Assembly: GCF_001194135.2 (NCBI RefSeq)
Contig: NC_068993.1
Span: 942,818 to 985,827, forward strand
Length of the DNA: 43,010 bases
Origin: Octopus bimaculoides
Lineage: Eukaryota
Reading direction: 5' to 3'
Part shown: in pieces, positions 1 through 11,846 of the stretch
Position numbering within the stretch: position 1 is the first letter of the stretch
Layout: the number at the start of each line of letters is the position of its first letter
Made by a program: the position numbers and the translations under genes
The notes under the pieces: generated by a model
Told to the model about the DNA's origin: nothing
What the model saw: only the letters and a program-made list of their open reading frames with translations
Databases searched by the model: none

Positions 1-478
1 TTTCTCCACAGCCAAACCACTCATGCAACTCTTTCACCTTAGAAACTTACCCAGTTGAAATTGCACCCGGAATTGTCTACCACCCGGAATTGTCTACCAC
101 ACACGCACACACACACACACACATGTTATGATGGTGAGATGCTGTAGGTTGCTTCAATTCTGAAGATGCTGACATTATTATTATTATATGTTGTGTCTCT
201 ATACTTCATTGTAATTAACATTATAATTAATAAGCTGATTTGTTTGTTTTGTTGTTTTTTAAATCTTCATTTTTTTTGTCTCTTTTTTTATTATTTCATT
301 TCATTTTCATGTCCATGTGTTGTTTTGTATTCGTTTTTCCTTTTCCATCTCGCTAATAATTATCATCATCATCATTATTAGTAATAATTATCATTATCAT
401 TATTATTATTATAATTTTTTATTATTATTACTGATCTTTGGTCAGCAAGAATTCACCGTGAAACAATGTCGTTTGTAT
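1..478 (-). other. dac: Probable dac 3' UTR (may extend beyond the window)
   Basis: Follows the stop at 479. One AATAAA at 287-292 (minus strand); its use is unproven. Confidence 0.55.
64..97. repeat. 17-bp tandem duplication (cacccggaattgtctac x2)
   Basis: Exact copies at 64-80 and 81-97. Confidence 0.9.
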
Positions 479-588
479 TCATTGGACATCGTTTTTGACG
501 AGAGGATGGTAAGCAAAACGCGTGGCACCAGGGCTGCCTGCATGAGTCATGTAGGTCTCGTACAGATGCGGTGTCCTCTCTTGGGAAT
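479..588 (-). CDS. dac: Dachshund terminal coding exon (stop TGA at 481-479); absent from the ORF track
   Basis: Strong acceptor ttttcactttgtgtatttgtgtttttctccag|. Phase-1 continuation (D)SQERTPHLYETYMTHAGSPGATRFAYHPLVKNDVQ*. This GC-richer island sits in low-complexity DNA. No sequence homology support for the tail itself. Confidence 0.75.
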
Positions 589-660
589 CTGGAGAAAAAC
601 ACAAATACACAAAGTGAAAAGATGCAAGAAGAATTCTTTAAAGAAGTTTAAAGAAATAAA

Positions 661-860
661 AATGGTTTCAAATTTTGGTACAAAGACAAAAATATCGAAG
701 GAGGATTAAGTCGATCACCTCGATCCCCAATGCTCAACTGGTATTTATTTTATCGATCCTGAAAAGCAGAGCCCGGCGGAAATTGAACTCAGAACATAAA
801 GGCGGGCGAAGTGTCGCGAAGCATTTTGTCCGACGCGCTAACGTTTCTGCCAGCTCGCCT
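661..860 (-). mobile_element. tRNA-derived SINE, family A
   Basis: Minus strand: A-box-like ctggcagaaacgttag, B-box gagttcaatttcc, body and tail similar to 900-1118. A named family needs a repeat library. Confidence 0.8.
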
Positions 861-899
861 TATTTCCAAATAATAATAATAATAATTTATATATTTGTT

Positions 900-1118
900 T
901 TAATCCTTTCTACTAAAGGCACAAGGCCTGAAATTTGGTGGGGAGGGGACTAGTCGATTACATTGACCCCAGTATTTCACTGGTACTTAATTTATCGACC
1001 CCGAAAGGATGAAAGGTAAAGTCGACCTCAGCGGAATTTGAACGCAGAATGTAAAGGCGGACGAAATACCGTTAAGCATTTTGTCCGGCGTGCAAACGAT
1101 TCTGCCAACTCGCCGCCT
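900..1118 (-). mobile_element. tRNA-derived SINE, family A, near full length with CpGs intact
   Basis: ggcggcgagttggcagaatcg (A box), gcgttcaaattccg (B box), 3' end ggccttgtgcctttagtagaaaggatta followed by an (ATT)n-type tail. Confidence 0.88.
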
Positions 1119-1121
1119 TAC

Positions 1122-1209
<88 letters not shown>
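1122..1209. repeat. (AAT)n microsatellite
   Basis: Pure run. Confidence 0.97.
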
Positions 1210-1288
1210 GCGTTTAGTGCAAACAGTTACAGAACGAAATATTATACGAAACATGGTTAATGATTAATGATTAATGATTAATATCTAC

Positions 1289-1354
1289 CTTGTAGCTTTC
1301 TTTCAGCAGCTTCCATATAACTTCTTTCTCGTTCCATATCCTGACTGTGGCAAT
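1289..1354 (-). CDS. dac: Dachshund penultimate coding exon (66 nt, phase 1-1); absent from the ORF track
   Basis: Branch-like ctaac and acceptor tttcccag|; donor CAAG|gtagat. Gives (D)CHSQDMERERSYMEAAERKLQ, resembling the recalled DACH1 segment DSLTPEIEADRSGGRTDAERTIQ. Confidence 0.85.
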
Positions 1355-1424
1355 CTGGGAAATGTTAGAAAGATTCCGGTATAAAAGACAAGATAAAGTT
1401 TGTTTTTGTTCGTATGTATGCGCG

Positions 1425-1466
<42 letters not shown>

Positions 1467-1471
1467 CAGGA

Positions 1472-1625
1472 TTTCTAACTTTGGCACAAGGCCACACACA
1501 TTTAATAGTAACTTATTTTTCATCGTCGTCGGACGGAAGTATGAAAGATAAAAAGTCATCTGTGGGTAAATTTGAACTCCCGATCTAAAGATGACTAATA
1601 AAACATGCCGTCTTATCTGCCGTCG
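1472..1625 (-). mobile_element. Degenerate family A SINE
   Basis: Tail tttctaactttggcacaaggcc and B-box ggagttcaaattt resemble the copies at 661-1118. Confidence 0.55.
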
Positions 1626-1762
1626 GCCATTTCTGTCTCTCAAATGTAATAAAGAAACTGGCACAAATAACTCCTTAGTGTTTTTTTCTTCTCTCATTGC
1701 GGTGCAGGAGTCGCTCCTTTCACTGATGAGACAGTAACTTACTGTGAACAACGAGTCACTAT

Positions 1763-1892
1763 CTGTCATTACATCGTGTTACAACTGTATCTACCGTTGT
1801 TACATCGTGTTACTACTGTATCTGTAATTGTTATACGAGTTACTAATCTCTCAATCGTTGTTACATCATGTTACTGTGTCTGTCAATGTTAC
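1763..1892. repeat. Degenerate ~30-bp minisatellite (catcgtgttac-type units)
   Basis: Recurrent gttacatcgtgttac.actgtatct units. Confidence 0.55.
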
Positions 1893-2449
1893 TTCGACAC
1901 CAGGTTGAAACCGCCCTCGACTTTTCCTTCTGTGAGCATCGGTGACATGCAAAGGAGAGATTTGCTGAAGGAGCAACTCTTATAAAACAACGTTGCTCAG
2001 ATCTACATCTTGGAAAGGAAACTTTCCAAGTAGAGGTCCTTAGTTTTATGAGAGAGGATCCAGGATTTATTTAATGTACATATGAATAGAGGTGAGTAGG
2101 CTTTACGATCAGAAATATGTTATGAAAAGGTAGCCGTTAGCATTTATTTGCTTCGTAGTGAAGGAAAGAGTGGATTTGTGGCGTTCATGCCTTGATAAAA
2201 GGTGCCATTAGTGTGAGTTAAATGAAACAGCAACAAACAAGAATCGCAAACATTTCTCTCGCTGGAATATTGAGTCCCGTTATTCGCGGGTTACCAAAAA
2301 GAAAGTAAATGCAAAAGGAACAGAAGTGACCCTTAATCGTCCCTTTTCAAATTTACGAGAACGGTTACTACCATTGGTGTTGATAAAAACTGACCCCCTC
2401 CTCCAGCCCTATTTCCCTATCGGTTAAAATCGACAAGAATGGTCAGTAC

Positions 2450-2593
2450 CGTTGGTGTTGATGATATTCTCACCAGGTGGCGTTGACATCCGTTCACCAC
2501 TCATCATGTTATTTCTCTGTTCAATCATATCCATTTGTTCTTGCATTTTCCTGCGGGTTTTTTTCTCTTTTTTCAACCGTTTCTGTAACATCA
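2450..2593 (-). CDS. dac: Dachshund coding exon (144 nt with donor after 2450; alternative donor after 2474 gives 120 nt)
   Basis: (V)MLQKRLKKEKKTRRKMQEQMDMIEQRNNMMSGERMSTPPGENIINTN, matching DACH IVQKRLKKEKKAKRKLQE. Acceptor ttttctctttttccag|. Two in-frame phase-1 donors: CTG|gtgaga (2474) and ACG|gtactg (2450). The 3' boundary is uncertain. Confidence 0.9.
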
Positions 2594-2989
2594 CTGGAAA
2601 AAGAGAAAACAACAACAGCAATTACAACATCATTATCAATGCGTCATACAACAGTTACAACACTGTGGTACACACAGATGTGAATGGGTACAGTAGATAC
2701 ACTGTGACACACACACACACAATTTCTAAAAACCCCAAGTCCCTCGTATAATAAACATAGAAATGAATCGATCAAATTCGAAATTACATCAAAGAAATAT
2801 TTTACTCAATCAAGGTTGTGCTACAGCATGGCCGGTGTTGTGTTGGCTGAAACAAAGTATGGAACAAAGCAATTGGTCAAGAGACAAATGACAGGCTCGA
2901 TGACCCTTCTTAGGGATGTCAAGACTGGTGGAAGGGAAAGGGGAGAAGGCGAGCTGCTCTTAGGCCAGGGACTCAGCTCCAAATGTTTA

Positions 2990-3248
2990 CAAGGCTGGTT
3001 GGTTAGTACCATCTTAAAATAAGGGTCCTTCTTGTCTGTGGCCCCTATCCCGATACTAATCCATGTATTCGGTTATTGTACATGTAGGAGGTCCAGTGCA
3101 CTGTTCTGTAAGGAGCGGGGCTGTGATGCTGTTCAGCCAAAGGGGTTATTCATCAAAGCGTCCTCCGCTGGGGGGTGTGCACAGGGTCTTCTCTTGATGT
3201 GGGGCCCAGTTTAAACGAATCAATCCAATTGGCTTAAGACTGGCCCTG
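2990..3248. mobile_element. GC-richer insert, possibly a Harbinger-like MITE relic
   Basis: Right end reads cagggccagtcttaagccaa on the minus strand with GGGCCC-type subterminal motifs. Left TIR weak; no TSD. Confidence 0.25.
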
Positions 3249-3412
3249 CATACAGCTGGTCCTTTATCTAAGGAGTATCTATGGAAGTAACTATTCTTCT
3301 GTCGACAACTCACAACGTCAAGTTATTTCTGTCTCTTCAAAGTTTGTATTTATTACACCATTGCTGTGTAGTTATTTAGATCTGATATCCACCGCATACG
3401 GTTACACGTATC

Positions 3413-3690
3413 TTCTACACACTGTGTCTAGATATTTTCTCATCACACACAATGCAGATAGCTATCCTCCTATCCACCGCCTACAACTTTCTTCCCCACC
3501 TCCCACACACTGTACCTAGTCATTCTTCTACATACTGTACTGTAGCTACCCATCTCCCTATCTGCTACACGCTATAGCTAGCCATTCCCCTACACACTAC
3601 TGTAACTAGTTATTACCCTATCTATTACACACTGTAGCTAGCCATTTTCCTATCTACCACACACTGTATCTGGCCATTCTCCTGTCTGTT
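3413..3690. repeat. Degenerate minisatellite (ctacacactgtagctagccatt-type units)
   Basis: Motif recurs several times with variation. Confidence 0.6.
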
Positions 3691-4211
3691 ACGCGCTAAT
3701 TACTGTCTTAATCCTTTGGTTTTTACACAATTTAATCAGACAAACAATAACCTGTTTTTTAATAATGAAAAATCAATGGGAAACAAATTGATTGGGAGAT
3801 TTGCAACTGAAAGATATCACGTGCAACATATTTTGTTATAGAAACGATAATCACAATACTTTAAAATGTGATGGCAGCTTTCTGCCACCAGCTGCACAAT
3901 TTCAGTGCATTTCCGACATATTTATAATTTTGCAATTTGATTATCACTCTGGATGCACCGTCTGTGCATCGATGCATTTGTGCACTAAATTCATTAACTT
4001 TATACAACTTACTAACCTCCACATTTGTTTACTCTAAAATATTGCATCAAACTGCACCAGCCTACATTATACTGCACTCAACTGCACCAAGTCGTACAAC
4101 ATTGCTTCAAATTACATCAAACTGCAATAAATTGACACTATGTTTCGAAGACGAATTTATGCAACCTGTGCATAACGGCACTAATAACTGCATCACATCT
4201 GCACAAATAAG

Positions 4212-4359
4212 AGGCATGCCTGTGTGGTTAAGGTGCTGGCTGGGAACTATGGAGTTTGGAGTTCAATCCCACAACACAGTTCTTGGTTTGTCTTCTATCT
4301 TGGATCAGACCAAGTCTTGTGAGAGAGATAACGTTGACAGAAAAATTTATGGAAGCCCA
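4212..4359 (+). mobile_element. tRNA-derived SINE, family B, 5' part
   Basis: Head ggcatgcctgtgtggttaag, B-box ggagttcaatccc, body ...ccaagtcttgtgag...ggaagccc; reverse-homologous to 19129-19292 and 40006-40368. Confidence 0.7.
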
Positions 4360-4982
4360 CAAGAGGAGATATTGGTGTTTTGGCGGTAGTCGATTCAATG
4401 TTGCCTACTTTATCGTCCTTTCTTGGGCGTTGGATGCCTTCAGTGGAGACGGCTCGGTTGAAAACATCTGGGTTGGGTTTCGGAGGCTACAGAAAAAGGG
4501 GGCTATGGCTATTGTTGCCCTTTCTTTCTGACTAAACCATAAAAAGAAATAAATAAGAAATAAATAGTTTTAAGGTTTGGATTCCGTATTGAATAGACAA
4601 ACGGCGGCGGCGGCGGGAGCGGCGAGTGTTGGTCATTGGATAACAGGATCTGCAGACTTTATTACCAATGTGAGTGTCTTTTAGTATGAGGTCAATGCTG
4701 ATGTTTACTGGAATGGAACTGAAAATGGTATCTGAACTTTCAGTAAAACTGATAAAGTGTGTTTCCATACAGGAACCCCCAAAATGCAACTTCCATAATA
4801 TAATCTTCCACAGACCTGATTCTTAACAAATAGATGTCAGTTTGTAGTGCTGTCTCGGGGAATATTACACCGATTTGGCGATATGAACAGCAGTATTCCT
4901 CGAAAGTTTCTATAGAAGAATAACTTGACAGATAATAATATCCTTTAGCTTTCAAAATGAACGATTAGTCAATTATATTCAC

Positions 4983-5066
4983 CTCGAGTCCTTTGTTCGT
5001 CTAACAACTGCTTTTCCATATTTTCACGGAGGTCACGCTCTCTCAACAATTCCATTTTTAATTCAG
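4983..5066 (-). CDS. dac: Dachshund coding exon (84 nt, phase 1-1), DD2 coiled coil
   Basis: (A)ELKMELLRERDLRENMEKQLLDEQRTR, close to DACH TELKMDFLRERELRETLEKQLAMEQKNR. Acceptor ttttctctctgcag|; donor CGAG|gtgaat. G+CT across the intron gives Ala in frame with the 38818 exon. Confidence 0.96.
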
Positions 5067-5085
5067 CTGCAGAGAGAAAATAAAA

Positions 5086-5088
<3 letters not shown>

Positions 5089-5126
<38 letters not shown>

Positions 5127-5283
5127 ATATGTATGTGTGTATGTATGTATGCCTATACATACACCCACACACATACATACACACACATATGTATATTCAC
5201 AGGTACATACAAATATATGTATGTGTGTATTTAACATCATGTGTATATATAACATATGTACACCCACACACATATATAGAGAG

Positions 5284-5326
<43 letters not shown>

Positions 5327-5860
5327 ACACAACATAATATATAAGTGTACGTACACACACACGCACATATATGTACACACATAAATACATGTTTAAATAT
5401 ATATATAATATAATATGTACATGTATAGTATAGAGTGTATTTCTTATATATCATGCATTATATATATTATGTAGAATATATATATATATATATATATATA
5501 TAAAGCACAATATAATATATATATATATATAATATCATATTATATATATATATATCATATATAAATATTTATATGTATATTTATATATATATATATATAT
5601 ATATATAAAGCACAATATAATATATATATATATATAATATCATATTATATATATATATATCATATATAAATATTTATATGTATATTTATATATATATATA
5701 TATATATATATAAAGCACAATATAATATATATNNNNNNNNNNNNNNNNNNNNNNNNNNNNNNNNNNNNNNNNNNNNNNNNNNNNNNNNNNNNNNNNNNNN
5801 NNNNNNNNNNNNNNNNNNNNNNNNNNNNNNATATAATATTATGTATATGCATGTATATAT
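5089..5860. repeat. Compound (TA)/(CA)/(TATG) array with ~110-bp higher-order unit and gap
   Basis: The unit marker aaagcacaatataat occurs three times before the N-gap at 5733-5830. Confidence 0.9.
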
Positions 5861-8337
5861 GTATATATATGAAACAACATACAAAGAATTTTGGCAAAAT
5901 TGGCAGCAGACCATTTCGGAAAATGTTGACAGCAGTCTGTTTCACAAAAATGTTATGAGAGAATCTTAGAAAGAAAAAAGACATAAAATAAATATAAAAT
6001 AAAGTAAAACAAACAAGAAAAGTAGAGAGAAAGTTGTAAAACAACTTCGCAAAACCTAACTGCTTTTAATAATTGAAGATCTGTAATGTCGGATAGGAGC
6101 TATAAAGACGGAGGCAAAAATAGCCGAAATAAAATAAAACAAACTTGTATATTTGAAAAACTTATTTCAATATTTGTTTATCGAAAACGGAACGTTGTAA
6201 AAAGCAGCCATAGAGTTATGGTAGCAGCAGTTTTAGCATCTCACATTGCATCTGCTCGCTGGGAAACACTGCAATTCTTTACCGAAAGTAGCAATAATTT
6301 CAGTTAAATAGAGATAAAGGAACGTAAAGGAACATTGCCGACACAGGTTTCAAATATCTGGCTGCATATGGTGTGCATATACATACATACATACATACAT
6401 ACATACATACATACATACATACATACATACATACATGCACATACATACATGCACACATACACCTACACACGCAACATATATCGTCGTGTGTGTCTATTTG
6501 AGACTATACTTATCAAATGTGATTATTACTGTATATGCATGTATGTGTGTACGTACGTATGCATGTATGTCTGTACGTACGTATGCATGTATGTATGTAT
6601 GTCTGTACGTATGTATGTATGTCTGTATATATCATCCAATGCATCATACACTTTTTCTTTATGCAATAGATACATAGCAGTACATAATACTCTGATTTTA
6701 TTTTCTTGCTGTCTATCCGTCTGTCTGTCTATCTATCTATCTTTCTCTGTATAAATGCGCGCGCGCGCGCGTATTTATCCCTGTATACCCGTACAATTTG
6801 TGTGTGTGTGTGGCTTAGGTTTAATTTGAACGAAATCCATAATTTAATCTGCAATAGAAAAATCAACAGACATATTTGGTTAAGTGCTGACTTGGAATTG
6901 CTTGTTTTTGCCAATGTTATCAAACAGTAAGGATTCCTCTTGAAGGTACCAATGGAAGAATTCATAGAACTTCCGTTTTAATATCAACTTTACACAGATT
7001 TCATTACATCTTCAGCTTCATCCCTATCAGTTACAGATATTTCACATTTTCGAAATTTTGAAAATTATATGAATATATTAAGCCACACACACACATACTT
7101 ACACACGTGTATGTGTGTATGTATGTATATATGTATGTATGTAAGTGTGTATGTATGTATTTATGTATGTATGTGTGTGTGTGTGTATTGAGTGACATTC
7201 CTTGAAGATGCGTTTTAGATGTACGACTGTGTCCTAATTTTCATGAGTTATTTGCAATTTTTTTAAAGAATAAACTTCCTGAATTTTTCATCAACGTTTC
7301 AAAACATCTACAGTCTTATCTTCAGTATAATAAATGATAAAACCGGAATTGTTGTATTTTCAATGCAACAGACATACACACACATGCATACACACACACA
7401 CGTACATATACACACATACATAGATGCATACGCACACACATACTTATACATACATACATACATACATACATACACTCGCCTCTTTCCACAATATCTTTTG
7501 TGGACACAAATTCAGGGATTCGCTGGACCAGGTTTAATACCTCGTTCATGTCTCATCGGCAGCTGAACCGCTCCAACCCTCTCTTTCTAAACTATCCACA
7601 AATATACTGCTTCTAAATCCACTCTTACGAAGGCTTAATTAAGTGAGATTGACCAATTTGCATGTATAATGTATTCTAATTTCCATAGATACATTGCTGG
7701 TCCCTGATAATAAATTGAACCGAGGCCAGGGAGGAAAACGAGGAAAAAACACACACACTTTGTGTTATTGAGATGGATATAATATCTTATGATTGTTATA
7801 ATAATTGGGGAAATGGTGATATATAACCAGTGACACATAAATAGTGATACGCACACACATATACATACATGTGTGTATATGTATGTTTGTATGTATGTAG
7901 GTTATGTATGTATATGGTATATGTACATACATGCATACATACATACGTACATAAATACATGCATACATGCATATGCGATGAGTATCATTTAATAAAGGAT
8001 ATCAAAAACATGAGAGAATAAACATATTGTAAATGAAAGAAGAAGCGAATATTGTCGGAATAATAAACTTTAATAATCTTCTTTGCTGTTTTATTGTTGT
8101 TGTTATTTTGCAAGGTTTTAGCAGGAAAACAATGAAAAACTCCAACATAATTGCTTTCACATGTGACATAGTAATGAAACATCTTCACAGTGGAATCTCT
8201 AGATTATTTCTTCAGGAATTGGCGATTCATAAGTCTTGAATATAAGTTTATTGCTGTTGGTGCCACCTTATTGGATTTTGGTGAGGAATATTGCAACACG
8301 GAAAGAATGTGTAAAACTCCAAATAAAAGACAAAGTG

Positions 8338-8371
<34 letters not shown>

Positions 8372-8702
8372 AAGAGAGAGAGAGAGAGAGAGAGAGAGAA
8401 AGTGAGAGAGAGAGAGAGTGAGAGAGAGTGAGAGAGATTGAAAGAGAGAGGTGGGTTGCATGTAATTATTCTGCGGTTATCGTCTGGTCAAGCTGTTTAT
8501 TGCTGTTGTTGATGTTACTGTTGTTTACCAGTGGAGATGCAATAAATCGGCCAGACTCCTTTCTGCTGGTACCGGCCATGTACAACCACCTTCACCATCG
8601 ACTTATGTCTGTCAATCTCTTATTTGCTTTCAAACTTAAATACTTTCTTGTAAAACTGTTCATTTAAGGTGGAAATGCTTAAAACTGAAGAAACAATAGT
8701 GT

Positions 8703-8935
8703 TTCGTTGTTGTTGTTGTTATTGTTGCTGCTGTTGTTTAGCCTCGGGTCGTCCCTAATCGAGAGCAAATGCATGGTAAAAGGCGTTCCAGTCGTGCCTT
8801 TCTCGTATTATAACAAATATGGAGGACTACGTTAGCCAACGAGCCCTCTTCTTGTTATAAGACAATAAAGTATAATTTGAGAGAAACTTTGCTGCTATGT
8901 TTAGCCGGTCGCGTGACCACCTTGGATGTGGTCAG
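8703..8935. repeat. Putative interspersed repeat copy starting in a (GTT)n run
   Basis: Resembles a recalled abundant octopus repeat (gttgtttagcc...gagagaaactttgctgctatgtttagccggtcgcgtgacc). Not verifiable without a library. Confidence 0.35.
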
Positions 8936-11304
8936 TGAAGGGAGTTATAAAAATACACGATAAAGACCAGAAAGAAAATGTGGACAGACGAGAATGGTAA
9001 GGATGCTATCTTAATTTTGGACTTTGTGATTAATTATTTTACTACATGTTAACAACGTCATTAACTAAAATAGAGAGCAACACATTTGTCACAATAGCAT
9101 AGAAAGAAGCTCTTTCTCTCTCTCTCCCTCTCTCTCTCTCTCTCACACACACACACTTACTCTCTTTATTTGACAGCAACCTGGAAACCGATAAGAAAAA
9201 AAGGCGACGCCGAAGTAGAGAAGCTGAATGGTAAATGGCAGAGGAGAACTGTAACGATTCTTTTAGCCGTCAGAAATTTTCCATTAAAACGATATATACA
9301 AAAAAAATTGCTGTATTTTTTTGGTTGAATGTTTGAGAAAAACACACAGTAATAATATTTCGTTGGAAACTACATATCAATATTGAAGAACGAAACATAA
9401 AATATGGAATGTCGGCTAAAGGCAGCAGACTTTAACAAGTCAATTTGAAGTAGTTCCGTAAAGTTATAATGAAGTGTCATCGGCATCAATCGACCAAATG
9501 GATTATAGCATTTTAGCCAGTTTTATAGACAAAAGAATCGATTTTACAAGAAATATCATCGTTCAACGAAGCCCATGAAAGAAAAAGGAGTCATATTATG
9601 TGGACTGCCATCTTCTCCATCAACAAACTCGACAGCTCGAATTAATGCACAACTGTTTCACTCATAAAACTAAAATAATTCTTCCTGTCTCCCTAACTTC
9701 TTCAAAATAATACTTCCAAAAAAAGGGGGGGGGGGGNNNNNNNNNNNNNNNNNNNNNNNNNNNNNNNNNNNNNNNNNNNNNNNNNNNNNNNNNNNNNNNN
9801 NNNNNNNNNNNNNNNNNNNNNNNNNNNNNNNNNNNNNNNNNNNNNNNNNNNNNNNNNNNNNNNNNNNNNNNNNNNNNNNNNNNNNNNNNNNNNNNNNNNN
9901 NNNNNNNNNNNNNNNNNNNNNNNNNNNNNNNNNNNNNNNNNNNNNNNNNNNNNNNNNNNNNNNNNNNNNNNNNNNNNNNNNNNNNNNNNNNNNNNNNNNN
10001 NNNNNNNNNNNNNNNNNNNNNNGCCCCTCGAATATTTTACTATTATTGCTATGGTATAGTAGGATACGTTATTATGTCGACGAGATCTCGTGAATAAACA
10101 TAACGTTTTCATTTGACCGTAGAGTTTATTTATTTTCCCGCTTCACTGATCTCGTTAAACTTCGCGGCCACTTCTGCCGTTGATGGCCAATTTACGTCCA
10201 GTTTAATATTGCTTTTGAATGAGAACTCCAACTCGCTTCTTTATTGTTTCCATAAAAACTATAGTAGTCGTCGTCTTCTTCGAAATGAAACTTGTTCAAG
10301 AAGAGGCACCAGGAGTATTATTAAGATATTTGCATACATGTGTCACCAGGGTGACGGAAATTCCTGATGCGAGAGTAAGAACGGGTAAAATGTGGGGTGA
10401 AATGGAGAATTAATTGAAACGATGACTGCTGCCATGGAATATGGAGTTAGGGTTCGTCGAAAGAAGTCTAGAATAAACTGGAACCAAACAAACGGCGAAG
10501 ACTTGCTAGTTGCTACCTGGGGAAATTCTATAAGTAATTCCAATATGAAAGACAAGGGTTGCCGGGCATTCCACTACTTAGTGGTCGTCTATGAAGGTCA
10601 AATAATTGTGTTAAAACAAGCGAGGAACCCAACTTTAACCTCGTCTCTTATATTGGAAATTAAGCTGATCATCAATATTATGACCTCATATGTATGGATG
10701 TATGTATGTATATAGACACACATACATGTATATATATATATATATGTATACAGACACACACACACACACACACACATATGCATGTATGTATATTATGTAT
10801 GTTGTGTATTCATATCGTTGTAATATCGTTGTAAATATCGTAGTCAGAAGCTTTGGGGGTTTCTGTCTGGTGTTTGTTTTAACCAAGCAGAGGGGGTCCC
10901 CTAATCTTTAATAATTTCCGCTCAGATATGTAATCTAAACACACAATGTTTAGATTTTATGTTTGGCCGAAGATTTTCTTTTCTTATTAATTCAGATTCA
11001 ATCCAAATAAACGGAACCAAAATTTGTTGTGCCTTTTTGGTGCAGGAACTTCACCTGATTTCATCTAAATTCACTGAACTTCGTCAAACCAAAGCCAAGA
11101 ACAAAGATGCAGCGGAGAAACACGAGAACTTATTAAGGAAACAATATCTATAAGGTACCTCAGGAATATTTAATTTATTATAATTATATTATAATTTATT
11201 AAATATCCGTTATATTTAACATAATAAAGCCACATCTGACCTAAAATTACGAAAGAACTAAATATGGCACGTCTTAGGTGAACAGGTGTTGTACATTTAG
11301 AAAC

Positions 11305-11370
<66 letters not shown>

Positions 11371-11806
11371 CATTTACATACAGAGTTTGGTTGCTATTTC
11401 TGAAGTTTTGAGTACTTGTTACTGGATCGTTACTTACCAACGTCTCTGTCTGTTTGTCATGCTCTCTCTCTCTGTCTATCTATCTAACTATCTATCTATC
11501 TTTCTGTCTATTTATCTAACTCTGACGGTTAAAAGAAGCGTTACACAACCGCGCGCGCGCGCATATTTATATATACACACATATTTATATACATACACAA
11601 GCTTATATACTCATTTATAAGTATGCAGGTATGCATACACAGAAATATATACATGTATAGATGTGCATACACACACCTATAGATACAGACAGCCATATAT
11701 ACATATACACAACCGTACATGTATATATAGGGGTGTGTAAGTGCATAAGTACGCATACAAGTATATATGTACGTGTGTTACTGTATATCCATGTATACAT
11801 ATACTC

Positions 11807-11846
<40 letters not shown>

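Noticed and set aside
1705-1760. Hammerhead-like CTGATGA-g-ACAGTAA/TTACTGT-GAAC
   Set aside because: GAAA is GAAC, G10.1 has no partner, and no stem I complement exists on either side.
1737-1762. Perfect minus-strand donor gtaagt after a short open stretch (DSDSLFT)
   Set aside because: No pyrimidine tract at the upstream AG, and the phase (1 to 0) is incompatible with the next exon.
5478-5830. ~110-bp higher-order repeat as a biological array
   Set aside because: Copies run straight into an N-gap; may be a short-read assembly artefact.
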